Origin: Candidatus Bathyarchaeota archaeon
GTDB lineage: Archaea > Thermoproteota > Bathyarchaeia > TCS64
Length of the DNA stretch: 64,000 nucleotides
NCBI GenBank assembly: GCA_016783455.1
Contig: JADHWN010000001.1
Coordinates: forward strand, 41,930-105,929
Direction: 5' to 3'
Within the stretch, counting starts at the first letter, position 1. Every line of letters starts with the position of its first letter. The translations under genes and the position numbers were made by a program. The notes beneath the pieces are model-generated. The model saw only the letters and a list, made by a program, of their open reading frames with translations. It searched no databases and was not told where the DNA came from. Positions 29,304 to 38,813 of the stretch are shown here, piece after piece.

Positions 29304-29554
29304 ATGAGCAAAGTTATAGAGTACACCAGGGACATCTTCGGAGACGAAGACGAGTACAGGTGCTGCTACCGCGGCTACCTCGGCAACAAGTACGCTTCCT
29401 CGTCCTCTCCAACAAACGCCTCCTCTTCCTCCACGAGAAGGGCATCTCATCCGACTTCGACAAGATAGTGGATGTCCCCTACGACGAGGTCGCCGACTGC
29501 AGCTGCGTCGACCGCAACCTCATCGCCATTAAAACCATAGAGAAGTTTCGTTAA
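29304..29554 (+). pseudogene. Frameshifted, truncated paralog of the PH-like protein at 32771
   Basis: MSKVIEYTRDIFGDEDEY...GNKY, then a 1-nt loss near 29394, resuming FLVLSNKRLLFLHEKG; shorter at the C-terminus than the paralog. Confidence 0.8.
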
Positions 29555-29624
29555 ATGACGAAAATTTCACTAATTAGCGAAAGTATTTATGAGTCGGATG
29601 TTAGTAAAGTAGCATGGACATCGA

Positions 29625-30260
29625 ATGGCTATGAAACTTACATCCAAGAAATCATACAGAGTCATAGAGCACCTGCTCAAGCAACCCGAGAGCAGCCAAC
29701 TGGGGCTCTCAAACGAGACAGGGGTAGCCCTGGGACACGTGAACAAGATAATCAACTACATGCACGACCTGAACATGGTCTCCAAAAAGTCCCGAAGCTA
29801 CATCCTAACGGACCCCCTCCGACTGCTGGAGAAGATCAGCTTCGAGCGCCCCCTCAAACGGCTGGAGACCACAACGTTCCGCCTTCCCACAACCTCAATC
29901 GTGGAGAGCGAGGAGATCTTGAACAATGCCTGTAATAAAAACAACGTCGACTACGCCCTGACATCCTTCAGCGGCCTAAGACGCTACTACGAGTACCACA
30001 TATCATACCCCTCCATCCACGCCTACGTATCAGACCCAGGGATCGAGACGAAGATAGAGCACGGCGAAGGCGCCATACCCGTCACCCTCCTCAAACCAGA
30101 CAGGCCCGAGATACTCGTCAACTCCCTTGAGATCGACGGACTACGCGCCTGCGACAGGATCCAGATCGTCGTCGACCTGTTCTCAAGCGGATACGGCAGG
30201 GACGCCGCCATGAAGTTCCTAGAGGTCATCCAGCATGGGACAGAGGAACATACTAGCTGA
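29625..30260 (+). CDS. wHTH plus AbiEi-like antitoxin/regulator
   Basis: N-terminal HTH; C-terminal IQIVVDLF...GRDAA typical of AbiEi-like domains. Confidence 0.6.
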   Translation: MAMKLTSKKSYRVIEHLLKQPESSQLGLSNETGVALGHVNKIINYMHDLNMVSKKSRSYILTDPLRLLEKISFERPLKRLETTTFRLPTTSIVESEEILNNACNKNNVDYALTSFSGLRRYYEYHISYPSIHAYVSDPGIETKIEHGEGAIPVTLLKPDRPEILVNSLEIDGLRACDRIQIVVDLFSSGYGRDAAMKFLEVIQHGTEEHTS

Positions 30261-31029
30261 CCACTCCTACCGGGAGCTCCTCAGCCTACTCGACTGGTTC
30301 TACCTCCACGGACCCATCCCCATCATCATAGGCGGCTGGGCTGTCTTCCTCTACAACTCATATCTCGGATCAGCGGACATCGACCTCGTAGGCCCTAGCA
30401 TGGGCGGCCTCTTCAATAACACCCTTGAGGGCTTCGAGCGCAGCCAGGGCTACGAAGCGGTCACAACCGACAGGTTAGGCCTGCAGACGAGCTTCAGGAA
30501 GCCCGTGATAGAAAACGGGGAGATAGTGGGCCACGTCCAGATCGACGCGTGCACCTACGAGCAGGACACCGGGGGCTTCCACGAGGACCCCTCCATGAAG
30601 CTCCCGTACGCCCTGTGCGCCGAAGCCGACCTCCGCTCCCACGTAAAACTGGACAGCAAGAGAGAGGCCTACATCCCAAGGAAGACCCTGCTCCTCCTCT
30701 ACAAACTCAAAGCCCTCAGGGACAGAACCCACGACCTCAGGACAAAAGGCCCGATACTCGGTTCCGAGAGGAGGAACTGGCTACGCGACAAACGCATAAA
30801 AGACGGAGCAGATCTCATGGCACTGCTGGACCCCCAGCCGAGAACCTGCACCCTAGCAGAGGAACTGGACACAAACCTACTGACCAAGATAATCGAAAAC
30901 CATTCCCTCCAGTTCACCCTGGAAAGCCTAGAAGAACTGCCGAACATGGAGGAAGCACTCAGCCTGTACAGAAACGCAAGCCGAGAGCAAGTAGCAGATT
31001 GGGTAAAAGACACGGTAACACGTAGCTAG
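30235..31029 (+). CDS. Pol-beta-superfamily nucleotidyltransferase (AbiEii/MenT-like toxin)
   Basis: IIIGGWAV, SADIDLV, KLKALRDR and KDGADL; overlaps the upstream gene. Confidence 0.65.
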   Translation: MGQRNILADHSYRELLSLLDWFYLHGPIPIIIGGWAVFLYNSYLGSADIDLVGPSMGGLFNNTLEGFERSQGYEAVTTDRLGLQTSFRKPVIENGEIVGHVQIDACTYEQDTGGFHEDPSMKLPYALCAEADLRSHVKLDSKREAYIPRKTLLLLYKLKALRDRTHDLRTKGPILGSERRNWLRDKRIKDGADLMALLDPQPRTCTLAEELDTNLLTKIIENHSLQFTLESLEELPNMEEALSLYRNASREQVADWVKDTVTRS

Positions 31030-31207
31030 ACAAAACACCATTCCAGACACTGAAAGCCTTTGGTACAACGACACCTACAAGGAAAATACAGGTGAAACAA
31101 ACAATCCCACAGTGAAAAATACGCCAAACGATAAAAGAAACCTGAAAACAGCCCCTCCCAATCCGATGCCAGGCAAAAACACGGTCCATTCCCAGAAAAA
31201 CTATCTG

Positions 31208-31233
31208 AGGGGGGAGGGGGGGGTCATGCATCC
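31208..31233. repeat. G-string motif AG6AG8TCATGCATCC (copy 1)
   Basis: Near-identical to 43314-43339. Confidence 0.75.
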
Positions 31234-31499
31234 GCCTATGAAAAACGCCCCTGCAGACGAAAGGAACCCCGGAAAACCCCCGACACGACCCCGTTCATAC
31301 CAAAAGGGGTACCTATTCATACCAAAAACACGCTCAAAACCCCTCAACGGAACAGTGAAAACACCACACCCAACACAACAGACCTCGCACGAAAAAAACC
31401 CCACGGAACGCTTATCCCCTGCCAGCCACACGCGAAAAAAACGCTTATCATATGTCACCACTCACAACCCCCAAATACACCCGCAGCCACACTACAACC

Positions 31500-32549
31500 A
31501 TGAGACTCAACACCCTACCCAGGGCAGGCCTAGCGGTCACCCCTACACCCCTCCAGCCCCTCCCCAACCTCACCGAGCACCTCGGAGGCCCCACCATCCT
31601 CGTCAAACGCGACGACCTCACAGGCCTCGCATTCGGAGGCAACAAGGCCCGCAAGCTCGACTACCTCATGGGAGACGCCCTCCAGAAGAAGGCTGACATC
31701 ATCGTCACGGGCGCCGGATTCCACAGCAATTGGTGCACCCAGACTGCCGCAGCCTGCTGCAAGCTCGGCCTCCCCCTCATCCTCGTCAAGAGCGGCCCCC
31801 AGGACGGATACGACCCCGACCAGTGGGACGGCAACCACCTCCTCCACCACCTCTACGGAGCAGACATCACCATCCTCAAGGAGGGCTCAGGCCAACGCCG
31901 CCAGGAGATCACAGACGAGCTCCGCGCACAGGGCCGCAACCCCTACCTCATGCCCGTCGGAGGCTCCACCCCCCTCGGCGCCGCAGGATACGTCCACTGC
32001 ATGCTCGAACTCCTCACCCAGGCCGTGGACCAGACCACAGAGATCACCCACCTCTACCACGCCACCGGCTCAGGGGGCACCCAGACCGGACTCGCCCTCG
32101 GCGCCAAGGCCCTCAACACAGGCATCAAGGTCGTCGGCGTCTCCACCGGCTTCGGCGACAGCGCAAGACGCATAGAGAACCTCCTCAGGCTCTCCCACGA
32201 GACCGCCGAGTTCCTGGAGATCGAGACACGTCTCACCGAGGCCGACATCAACGTCCTCGACCAGTACAGCGAGGGATACGGATACGCCACCGAGGCCAAG
32301 ACAGAGGCAATAAAACTCCTCGCAGAGAAGGAGGGCCTCCTCATCGACCCCGTCTACACCGCCACCGCCATGGCAGCCCTCATCGACGACGCCCGGACAG
32401 GAAAGCTCACCGAAGACGACACAGCCGTATTCCTCCACACAGGAGGCACAGCAGCCCTATTCCCATACCGCGACACCCTCAAAGCCCACACCCAGGGGAA
32501 ACCCCTCCCATGGAAGATCCCCCAGTGGAATCCAGACTACACCGGGTAG
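31500..32549 (+). CDS. D-cysteine desulfhydrase / ACC deaminase family
   Basis: VKRDDLTGLAFGGNKARKL, GSGGTQTG, DPVYT and FLHTGG; start placed at MRLNT. Confidence 0.9.
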   Translation: MRLNTLPRAGLAVTPTPLQPLPNLTEHLGGPTILVKRDDLTGLAFGGNKARKLDYLMGDALQKKADIIVTGAGFHSNWCTQTAAACCKLGLPLILVKSGPQDGYDPDQWDGNHLLHHLYGADITILKEGSGQRRQEITDELRAQGRNPYLMPVGGSTPLGAAGYVHCMLELLTQAVDQTTEITHLYHATGSGGTQTGLALGAKALNTGIKVVGVSTGFGDSARRIENLLRLSHETAEFLEIETRLTEADINVLDQYSEGYGYATEAKTEAIKLLAEKEGLLIDPVYTATAMAALIDDARTGKLTEDDTAVFLHTGGTAALFPYRDTLKAHTQGKPLPWKIPQWNPDYTG

Positions 32550-32770
32550 AACCCACAAAGAAGACAGAACCCAAACCCGAGAACCCCAGAAACCTCCCTA
32601 ATAAATGATAAGAAGAGAGGGACAGGAGAGAAGTGGCCTCTGCAGGAGGACCCTGCCCCCTCCAACCGTAGAACACCCAAAACCCCCTTAAGAGCATGAT
32701 GGGCAACAAAACCTAACCAACCCCTCCAAAATTATAATAAACATAAAACCCAATATGTTCAGGTGCTTAA

Positions 32771-33082
32771 TTGAGCAAGGTAATTGAGTACACGAAGGGG
32801 ATCCTGGGCGACGAAGACCAGTTCAAGACCAGCTTCAGGGGGACCCTCGGCAACAGCTTCGGCTACATCATCCTATGCAACCAACGCCTCCTCTTCATCC
32901 ACGAGAAGGGCACAGGAGGGTTCGACAAGATCCTCGAGATCCCGTACGACCGCGTACAGGAATACGGATTCCCTGAGCCCAACCGACTCAGCATCACCCA
33001 GAAAGAAGGTAACACGAACGAGATAGTGGTCGCTGGCTCCACCCTGTTCCTGAAGATGAGCTTAAAAGAGCTCATACCTTAA
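32771..33082 (+). CDS. Small PH-domain-like protein
   Basis: GYIILCNQRLLF and EIPYDRV, a bacterial PH-like pattern. Confidence 0.6.
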   Translation: MSKVIEYTKGILGDEDQFKTSFRGTLGNSFGYIILCNQRLLFIHEKGTGGFDKILEIPYDRVQEYGFPEPNRLSITQKEGNTNEIVVAGSTLFLKMSLKELIP

Positions 33083-33191
33083 AAATCACCTATTTTTCCC
33101 ATACCCTGAATAACCACCCAACCAGGGCATACCCCTCCCCACACAAAGGACATAACATAAGACCTATGCCACCCACAACACGAGTGGAGGA

Positions 33192-33517
33192 GGTGCAGCG
33201 ACGGCCCCCCAGGGCTCAAGGGCTCACCCACGGACAGGGGCGCACGACCCCCCTCAGGCTCGGGACCCCGCGAGCGCCAAACGTCCAGGCTTAGGCCGCT
33301 CCCTCCCGGGCCTCACCGGTTCACCCGACTACAGCCCCCACGCCCCCCTACGAGGGCGCAGAGAACAACCGCCGACCCCGCGGGACAAGCCCTCGACGGA
33401 GAGCCGCACGTCTTACCCGCAGGCTTCACCCCATCACACCGAGGTTACTGACCCCTCCTATAGCCCGTTTGAAGGCAAGGGGAAGGGCTAGCTCCCGGTC
33501 CTACCCGCCGCTGCACC
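33192..33517 (-). ncRNA. ffs: Archaeal SRP (7S) RNA
   Basis: Terminal helix GGTGCAGCG/CGCTGCACC; helix 8 GAACCGGTGAGGCCCGGGAGGGAGCGG; about 326 nt; TTTTAT box about 25 nt upstream. Confidence 0.9.
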
Positions 33518-33553
33518 AACCACAACGCAGCCCGACGATAAAACCGTTACGCA

Positions 33554-34417
33554 CTAGAGGATCGGCACCAGACCGAACTTAACAAGGCTCAGAAGCAGGT
33601 TAGAGACCATCAGCGCCAGGAAGCTGAACATAGTCATCCGCTCCAGAACCCTGCCCCACCCCGGCTTCGTCGCCAGATACTCCCTCACCATCTGCCCCCC
33701 ATCCAGCGGATAGATGGGTAGCATGTTCACCATCGCCAGGTTAATCGACAGAAAGTAAAGCCAGTTCAGGAACACACCCACCACCCGGGGCAGGCTTCCC
33801 CCCACCACGGAGAAGACACCCACCACCAGCAGCCCCGTCACCAGGTTCACCAGGGAACCGGACGCGAAGACCCGCAGCTTAGACATCAGCCCAGCCCTCC
33901 CCAGGGACTCCTCATCGGGCTCCACGGCCCCCCCGAAGGTCACCACCGCCACCAGCAGCGCCGCCGACCTCACCTCGATCCCCTCAACCGCGCACATCAC
34001 CCCGTGGCTCAGCTCATGGAGAAGGATCACCACCCCCGCCGCAGCCAGGAACCAGACCATGCTCTGAAACTGGATGGTCACCCCCGGGATCAGGGGCATC
34101 ACCGGAGACGCCTCGGCCGGCACGTAGAGGAACCTGTAAAGATTAAGGAACAGCATGTATGTCATGAACGCCACCTGACCGAAGAAGGAGGCCACACCCA
34201 CGTTCCCCACCACCCTCCAGAGCCCCGGACGCCAGCTCCCCACACGGATCAGCACCGAGTTCAACCGCGTCGACTTATACATCGCGTAGAGGGGATGAAG
34301 CTCAACCCCGAACCTCTCCAGCTTCAGGAACCTCGCCAACAAGTAGAAGACGAACCACCCCACAACTAGAAGACCTAGAGTAGCGTACGTCTCATACCAC
34401 ATGGCCAAACTTGACAC
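33554..34417 (-). CDS. Site-2 protease (M50)
   Basis: HELSH and NMLPIYPLDGG motifs; multiple TM segments. Confidence 0.9.
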   Translation of the reverse strand: MSSLAMWYETYATLGLLVVGWFVFYLLARFLKLERFGVELHPLYAMYKSTRLNSVLIRVGSWRPGLWRVVGNVGVASFFGQVAFMTYMLFLNLYRFLYVPAEASPVMPLIPGVTIQFQSMVWFLAAAGVVILLHELSHGVMCAVEGIEVRSAALLVAVVTFGGAVEPDEESLGRAGLMSKLRVFASGSLVNLVTGLLVVGVFSVVGGSLPRVVGVFLNWLYFLSINLAMVNMLPIYPLDGGQMVREYLATKPGWGRVLERMTMFSFLALMVSNLLLSLVKFGLVPIL

Positions 34418-34448
34418 CAGCGAGCTTTACTAATAAGCGAAACCCCCC

Positions 34449-34456
34449 TTTAAATA
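34449..34456 (+). promoter_or_regulatory. TATA box
   Basis: TTTAAATA just upstream of the ATG at 34475. Confidence 0.5.
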
Positions 34457-34474
34457 CCGTTTGAGGAGGGAGCG

Positions 34475-35158
34475 ATGACAGACAACATCGAGGTCGAGTA
34501 CACCCAGGAACACTGGGAACTCCTCAGCAGGCTCAGGGACGAGGCCAAGACTCTCACCCGCCCCCTCGCGGAGGCTCACATCGAGGCCCTCGTCTACGGC
34601 AGCATCGCCCGCGGAGACGTCCACACCGGAAGCGACATCGACGTATTCATCCCCAGCCCACCCGCCCCCACCATCCTCGAAACCCTCATCAACCGCACAG
34701 GCATCCAGACCGCCAACAGGGAGATCATTCAGGCCACACCCACGTACGCCGCCAAGGGCTACATCCATGCAGCCGAAAACAGGAGCTACTCCTTCCCCCT
34801 CGTCCAGCTTCGAGCCCACGAACGGGAGTTCTACGACTTCGCGGGGTCCCTCACCCCCAAACAGCTACAGGATGGAACACGGGTCCCAGGAGTCGACAAG
34901 CACCTAAAGCTAATAGAGCCCACGGAACGAGGGCACACCGAGACCCCCATCCAGGGCAGGGAGGGGGTCGTCGCAAAGACCCTGGGCGTAGGCGTCACCA
35001 TCGTCCTAGACAGGGTCCGAACCCTCCAGCGCAGGGAGAGGATAGGCAGGACCGGGGTCTACATAAAACGCCCCCTCGCCCCCGACGAGACGTTCGGGGA
35101 TGTCTACCAGCAGCTGGCACGGACAAGGCCCGCTCTGAGACGCAGAATGAGAATGTAA
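34475..35158 (+). CDS. Archaeal minimal nucleotidyltransferase (COG2413-like)
   Basis: YGSIARGDV..SDIDV, RVPGVDK and GRTGVY. Confidence 0.85.
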   Translation: MTDNIEVEYTQEHWELLSRLRDEAKTLTRPLAEAHIEALVYGSIARGDVHTGSDIDVFIPSPPAPTILETLINRTGIQTANREIIQATPTYAAKGYIHAAENRSYSFPLVQLRAHEREFYDFAGSLTPKQLQDGTRVPGVDKHLKLIEPTERGHTETPIQGREGVVAKTLGVGVTIVLDRVRTLQRRERIGRTGVYIKRPLAPDETFGDVYQQLARTRPALRRRMRM

Positions 35159-35176
35159 AAAAAGGGAATTATGAGG

Positions 35177-36385
35177 CTACTCGAGGTCCTTGAAGACCCT
35201 CACCCTGAGGCCCCTGGGGACCCGGACGCCCTCGGCGAGGCGCTCCCCTATGAGGGTCGCGATCCCCCGCTCCATGGCGACGTCCACGAGGCGCCCGGTG
35301 ACGATGCCGTCGAAGACGACCGTCTCCACATCCGCCTCGTTTCTTAACCGCTCCACGAGCTCCATGACGGGCACCTCACCGATCTTGCCACCGTCCTTCT
35401 TCACCAAGACGCCCTCGAGGGTCCCCTTCAGCCCCTTGGCGACCTCGGCCAGCTCCTTGAGCATCTCGGCATCCTTAGGGTCGACCTCGGCCGCACGGGC
35501 GGGCTTCGCCACTCGAGCAGGCCTAGCTGCACGGGCAGGCTTGGCCTCCGCCGGCTTTGCGCTCTCGGCCTCCGCGAAGGGCACCCTGGCCGCCAAGGCG
35601 GCCCGTATCTCGGCTGGGGTGAGGTCCTCGACCTCCTTGCCCCTGGGGGCCCTGGCGACGTACTTGGGCTGGGCTACTTGGGTCAGCTCCTTGAGGATGA
35701 GATCTCCGCCCCTGTCCCCGTCGAGGAAAGCGGTTATCTCCTTCTTCCTCTTCACGAGGTTTATGATGGTGCGGGGGACCTTCACGCCCTCCAGGGCGAT
35801 GATGTCCGTGTAGCCGCTCTTAAGGAGGTTGTTCACGTCCGCCCTGCCCTCGACGATAAGTATCTCATTCGCCTTGCTGAGGTCGGGGGTAGCGGTTAGC
35901 TTCTCACGTCCGTAGGTCACTGCCTTGACCGTCTTGTCCTCCCTGGAGACCTCGGTGAGGAGCTTCTCGATGTCCTGGGTCTCGGTTACCACCCAGTCCC
36001 TCATGAGCTCCTTAGCCCGCTTCATTATCTGCTCCCGCTTGTCAAAGCGGACGTCAGAAATCTGTTCCACGGAGACCTTCGCCTCGCATGGCCCTACCCG
36101 GTCAACCGTCTCCATCGCCGCTGCGATGATGGCGGTCTCCGCCCTGTCCAGGCTGGAGGGGGCGACGATCCTCCCCTCGGTCCGATCCTTCGCGGACTTC
36201 AGGTCGATGTCTATCCTTCCGATCTTGCCGGACCTCTGGAGCTCCCTGAGCTCAAAGTTCTTAGGGAAGAGCCCCTCGGTCTGGCCGAAGATGGCCCCGA
36301 TGACGTCGTGCTTCTCGACGACGCCGTCGACGACGAATTTCGCCTCAATTATGTACTTTGCGCTATGCTTCTCTTTTGAACCCAT
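35177..36385 (-). CDS. dnaG: Archaeal DnaG (primase-like, exosome-associated)
   Basis: GVVEKHDVIGAIFGQTEGL, VEGRADV and FLDGDRGG; start placed at MGSKE. Confidence 0.95.
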   Translation of the reverse strand: MGSKEKHSAKYIIEAKFVVDGVVEKHDVIGAIFGQTEGLFPKNFELRELQRSGKIGRIDIDLKSAKDRTEGRIVAPSSLDRAETAIIAAAMETVDRVGPCEAKVSVEQISDVRFDKREQIMKRAKELMRDWVVTETQDIEKLLTEVSREDKTVKAVTYGREKLTATPDLSKANEILIVEGRADVNNLLKSGYTDIIALEGVKVPRTIINLVKRKKEITAFLDGDRGGDLILKELTQVAQPKYVARAPRGKEVEDLTPAEIRAALAARVPFAEAESAKPAEAKPARAARPARVAKPARAAEVDPKDAEMLKELAEVAKGLKGTLEGVLVKKDGGKIGEVPVMELVERLRNEADVETVVFDGIVTGRLVDVAMERGIATLIGERLAEGVRVPRGLRVRVFKDLE

Positions 36386-36649
36386 TATGTTCACGTCTAT
36401 ATCATCTACCACTCTTGCCGCAGGTGAACGCTTCTCCCAGTGTCCACCTGGGGTTGACAGAATCAAACCCGGTCGTGAATGCAAGGAGAACGACGCCCCG
36501 TTTAGGAGGCTCGTTCGTTCGCCCCGCGGTGAGAGTGATGCGGTGTTTTCTACACCGCGCATCTAAACATCAGGCCTGTTTAAAAATGTTCCCGATTTGA
36601 ACATCGTGTTTTAATAATCAGCGCAGTGACTTTAGCTGAGGGACGGTTT

Positions 36650-37657
36650 TTGGGAGTTAAGGTCGGTATAAACGGCTTCGGCAGGACCGGCAGGCTCGCC
36701 TACAGGGCTGCATTGGAGTTGGGGCTGGACCTGGACTTCGTCGCCATCAACAGGGGCGACGCGAAGACCCTGGCCCACCTGCTCAAGTATGACAGCGTAC
36801 ACGGGAAGCTTCCCTTCAACGTCGAGGTGGAGGGTGACACCATCGTGGTCGACGGGAAGGCGCTGGAAGTCCTGTACGAGTCGGATCCCGAGAAGCTCCC
36901 CTGGAAGGCTATGGATGTGTACCTGGCCATCGAGTCCTCGGGTAAGTTCAGGGACAGGGAGGGCGCCTCGAAGCACATCAAGGCGGGTGCCCGGAAGGTC
37001 CTCATCTCGGCGCCGGCTAAGGGTCCGGACATCATGGTCGTGAGGGGAGTCAACGACCACCTCTATGACCACGGGAAGCACTACATCGTCTCCAACGCCT
37101 CATGCACCACCAACTGCGTCGCCCCCGTCATGAAGGTCCTCAACGACGAGTTCGGAGTGGAGTCCGGGTTCATGACGACGGTCCACGCCTACACTAACGA
37201 CCAGCAGATCCTCGACAAGGCCCACAAGGACCTGAGGCGGGCCAGAGCGGCTGCCATGAGCATCATCCCGACGACGTCAGGGGCCACGACCGCTACCGGG
37301 GAGGTGATCCCAGAGCTGAAGGGGAGGCTCAACGGCATGGCGATGAGGGTGCCCGTGCCGACGGCGTCGGTTGTGGACTTTGTGGGGGTCCTGGGGGAGA
37401 AGACGACGGCCGAGGCCGTAAACGGAGCCTTCAGGGAGGCCTCGGTGAAGGGGTTGAAGGGGATCCTCGACTACTCGGAGGAGCCCTTGGTCTCATGCGA
37501 CTACATCCATAACCCCTACTCGGCGGTGGTGGATGGCCTGTCGACCATGGCCTCGGGCAAACTTGTGAAGGTTCTAGCCTGGTACGATAACGAGTGGGGC
37601 TACTCCTGCAGGCTCGCCGAGATGGCGGAGAAGATGGGCCGGATGGCCGGCTTCTAG
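36650..37657 (+). CDS. gap: Class I glyceraldehyde-3-phosphate dehydrogenase
   Basis: GINGFGRTGR, SNASCTTNC and WYDNEWGYS. Confidence 0.95.
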   Translation: MGVKVGINGFGRTGRLAYRAALELGLDLDFVAINRGDAKTLAHLLKYDSVHGKLPFNVEVEGDTIVVDGKALEVLYESDPEKLPWKAMDVYLAIESSGKFRDREGASKHIKAGARKVLISAPAKGPDIMVVRGVNDHLYDHGKHYIVSNASCTTNCVAPVMKVLNDEFGVESGFMTTVHAYTNDQQILDKAHKDLRRARAAAMSIIPTTSGATTATGEVIPELKGRLNGMAMRVPVPTASVVDFVGVLGEKTTAEAVNGAFREASVKGLKGILDYSEEPLVSCDYIHNPYSAVVDGLSTMASGKLVKVLAWYDNEWGYSCRLAEMAEKMGRMAGF

Positions 37658-37659
37658 GT

Positions 37660-38742
37660 CTACCTTGTGACCGTCAGCTTCCTCATCTTCTCGAGGTTCT
37701 CCGGCTTCTTCTCGAAGTATTTCGCCACGGGCTCCAGGAGCTTGATGACTGCTGTTGAAACCCCGTTCTTCAGGTCCAGGGGGTGGAGTTCCCCCTTCTC
37801 GTACGTCTCCGCCAGCTCCTCGAAGCTGTAGAACGTTATGTCACCACCGTACTTGCTGGGTCGTTCGATGTCCAGCTGCCCCAGATGGGGGAAGACCAGC
37901 ATCCTGGCGTGAGCGAGGACGGGGTTGTCCATGACCACCTTCTCAGGGCAGTATGCTTCGCGATACTTTTCTTTGATCTCGTCGGGAGAATCGTTGATCC
38001 AGACGGCCCCCTTCCCGACGCTCTTGCTCATCTTGTGCTTGATGCTCTTATCGATATCTGCGTCTTCGTCGAAGCTTCCCTCTACTTTTGTCATCTGCAG
38101 CCCTGGCAGGAGGGCGTTGTGTAGGCAGACCGGAGGTTTGAACCCTAGCTTCGGGGCTGCCTCCCTGGCGAGCATGTGGACCTTCCTCTGATCCATGCCT
38201 GCGCAGGCGACGTCTAGTTTCATCTCGAAGATGTCGCTGGTCTGCATGGCGGGGTAGAGGGCGAATGCGGTCTCGACGTCGACGGAGTCGGCGCTCCTCC
38301 CCATGATGGGCATCGCCCTGAGGGTCCTCCTGAGGCTCGTGGACTTCATGACCCGGACGACCTTCTCCCAGTAGTCCTTGGTGTCGACGATGTCAGATGC
38401 CCAGAGGTACTCCACCTTGCCTTCAGGTAGCCCAACCGCAGTGAAGCAGTCCTTGAAGTACTCGGCCGCGATGGCGAGGTTCTCCAGGACGCCCCCCATC
38501 TTGTTGTTAATCCAGCCGTGCCACTCGGCAAGGTAGATTATGAAGTGAAAGCCAGCTTCAACGTAGTCGCTAATCTTCTTTCCCACGATGAGGCCATGGG
38601 CTGTGTGCATCAGGCCGCTGGGCTCGAAGCCGACGTAGCCCCGTGGGTGGTCCTTGGTCTCTAGAAGCTCACGGAGCTCGTCGACAACGATGATCTCCTG
38701 GAGGTTTCTCGTGACAAGATTCAGACGGGTCTCTGTGTCCAT
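37660..38742 (-). CDS. tyrS: Tyrosine--tRNA ligase (archaeal type)
   Basis: YVGFEPSG, YPAMQ, GMDQRKVH, KMSKS and LHPLDLK. Confidence 0.95.
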   Translation of the reverse strand: MDTETRLNLVTRNLQEIIVVDELRELLETKDHPRGYVGFEPSGLMHTAHGLIVGKKISDYVEAGFHFIIYLAEWHGWINNKMGGVLENLAIAAEYFKDCFTAVGLPEGKVEYLWASDIVDTKDYWEKVVRVMKSTSLRRTLRAMPIMGRSADSVDVETAFALYPAMQTSDIFEMKLDVACAGMDQRKVHMLAREAAPKLGFKPPVCLHNALLPGLQMTKVEGSFDEDADIDKSIKHKMSKSVGKGAVWINDSPDEIKEKYREAYCPEKVVMDNPVLAHARMLVFPHLGQLDIERPSKYGGDITFYSFEELAETYEKGELHPLDLKNGVSTAVIKLLEPVAKYFEKKPENLEKMRKLTVTR

Positions 38743-38813
38743 AGATATCCCCTGGGAACGGATATTGGAGGGGAGAGCGTCGATTTAAGGTTTGAGGGCA
38801 GGTGCAGCTACCC

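Noticed and set aside
31190-31233. Replication-origin ORB element
   Set aside because: A G-string is present, but the TCCA..GAAAC core is missing and no cdc6/orc1 gene is nearby.
31112-31696. 194-aa ORF
   Set aside because: Low-complexity Pro/Thr/Lys translation of C/A-rich DNA that overlaps a real gene out of frame.
35480-35580. Tandem repeat (AKPA/ARPA) inside dnaG
   Set aside because: An ordinary low-complexity interdomain linker.
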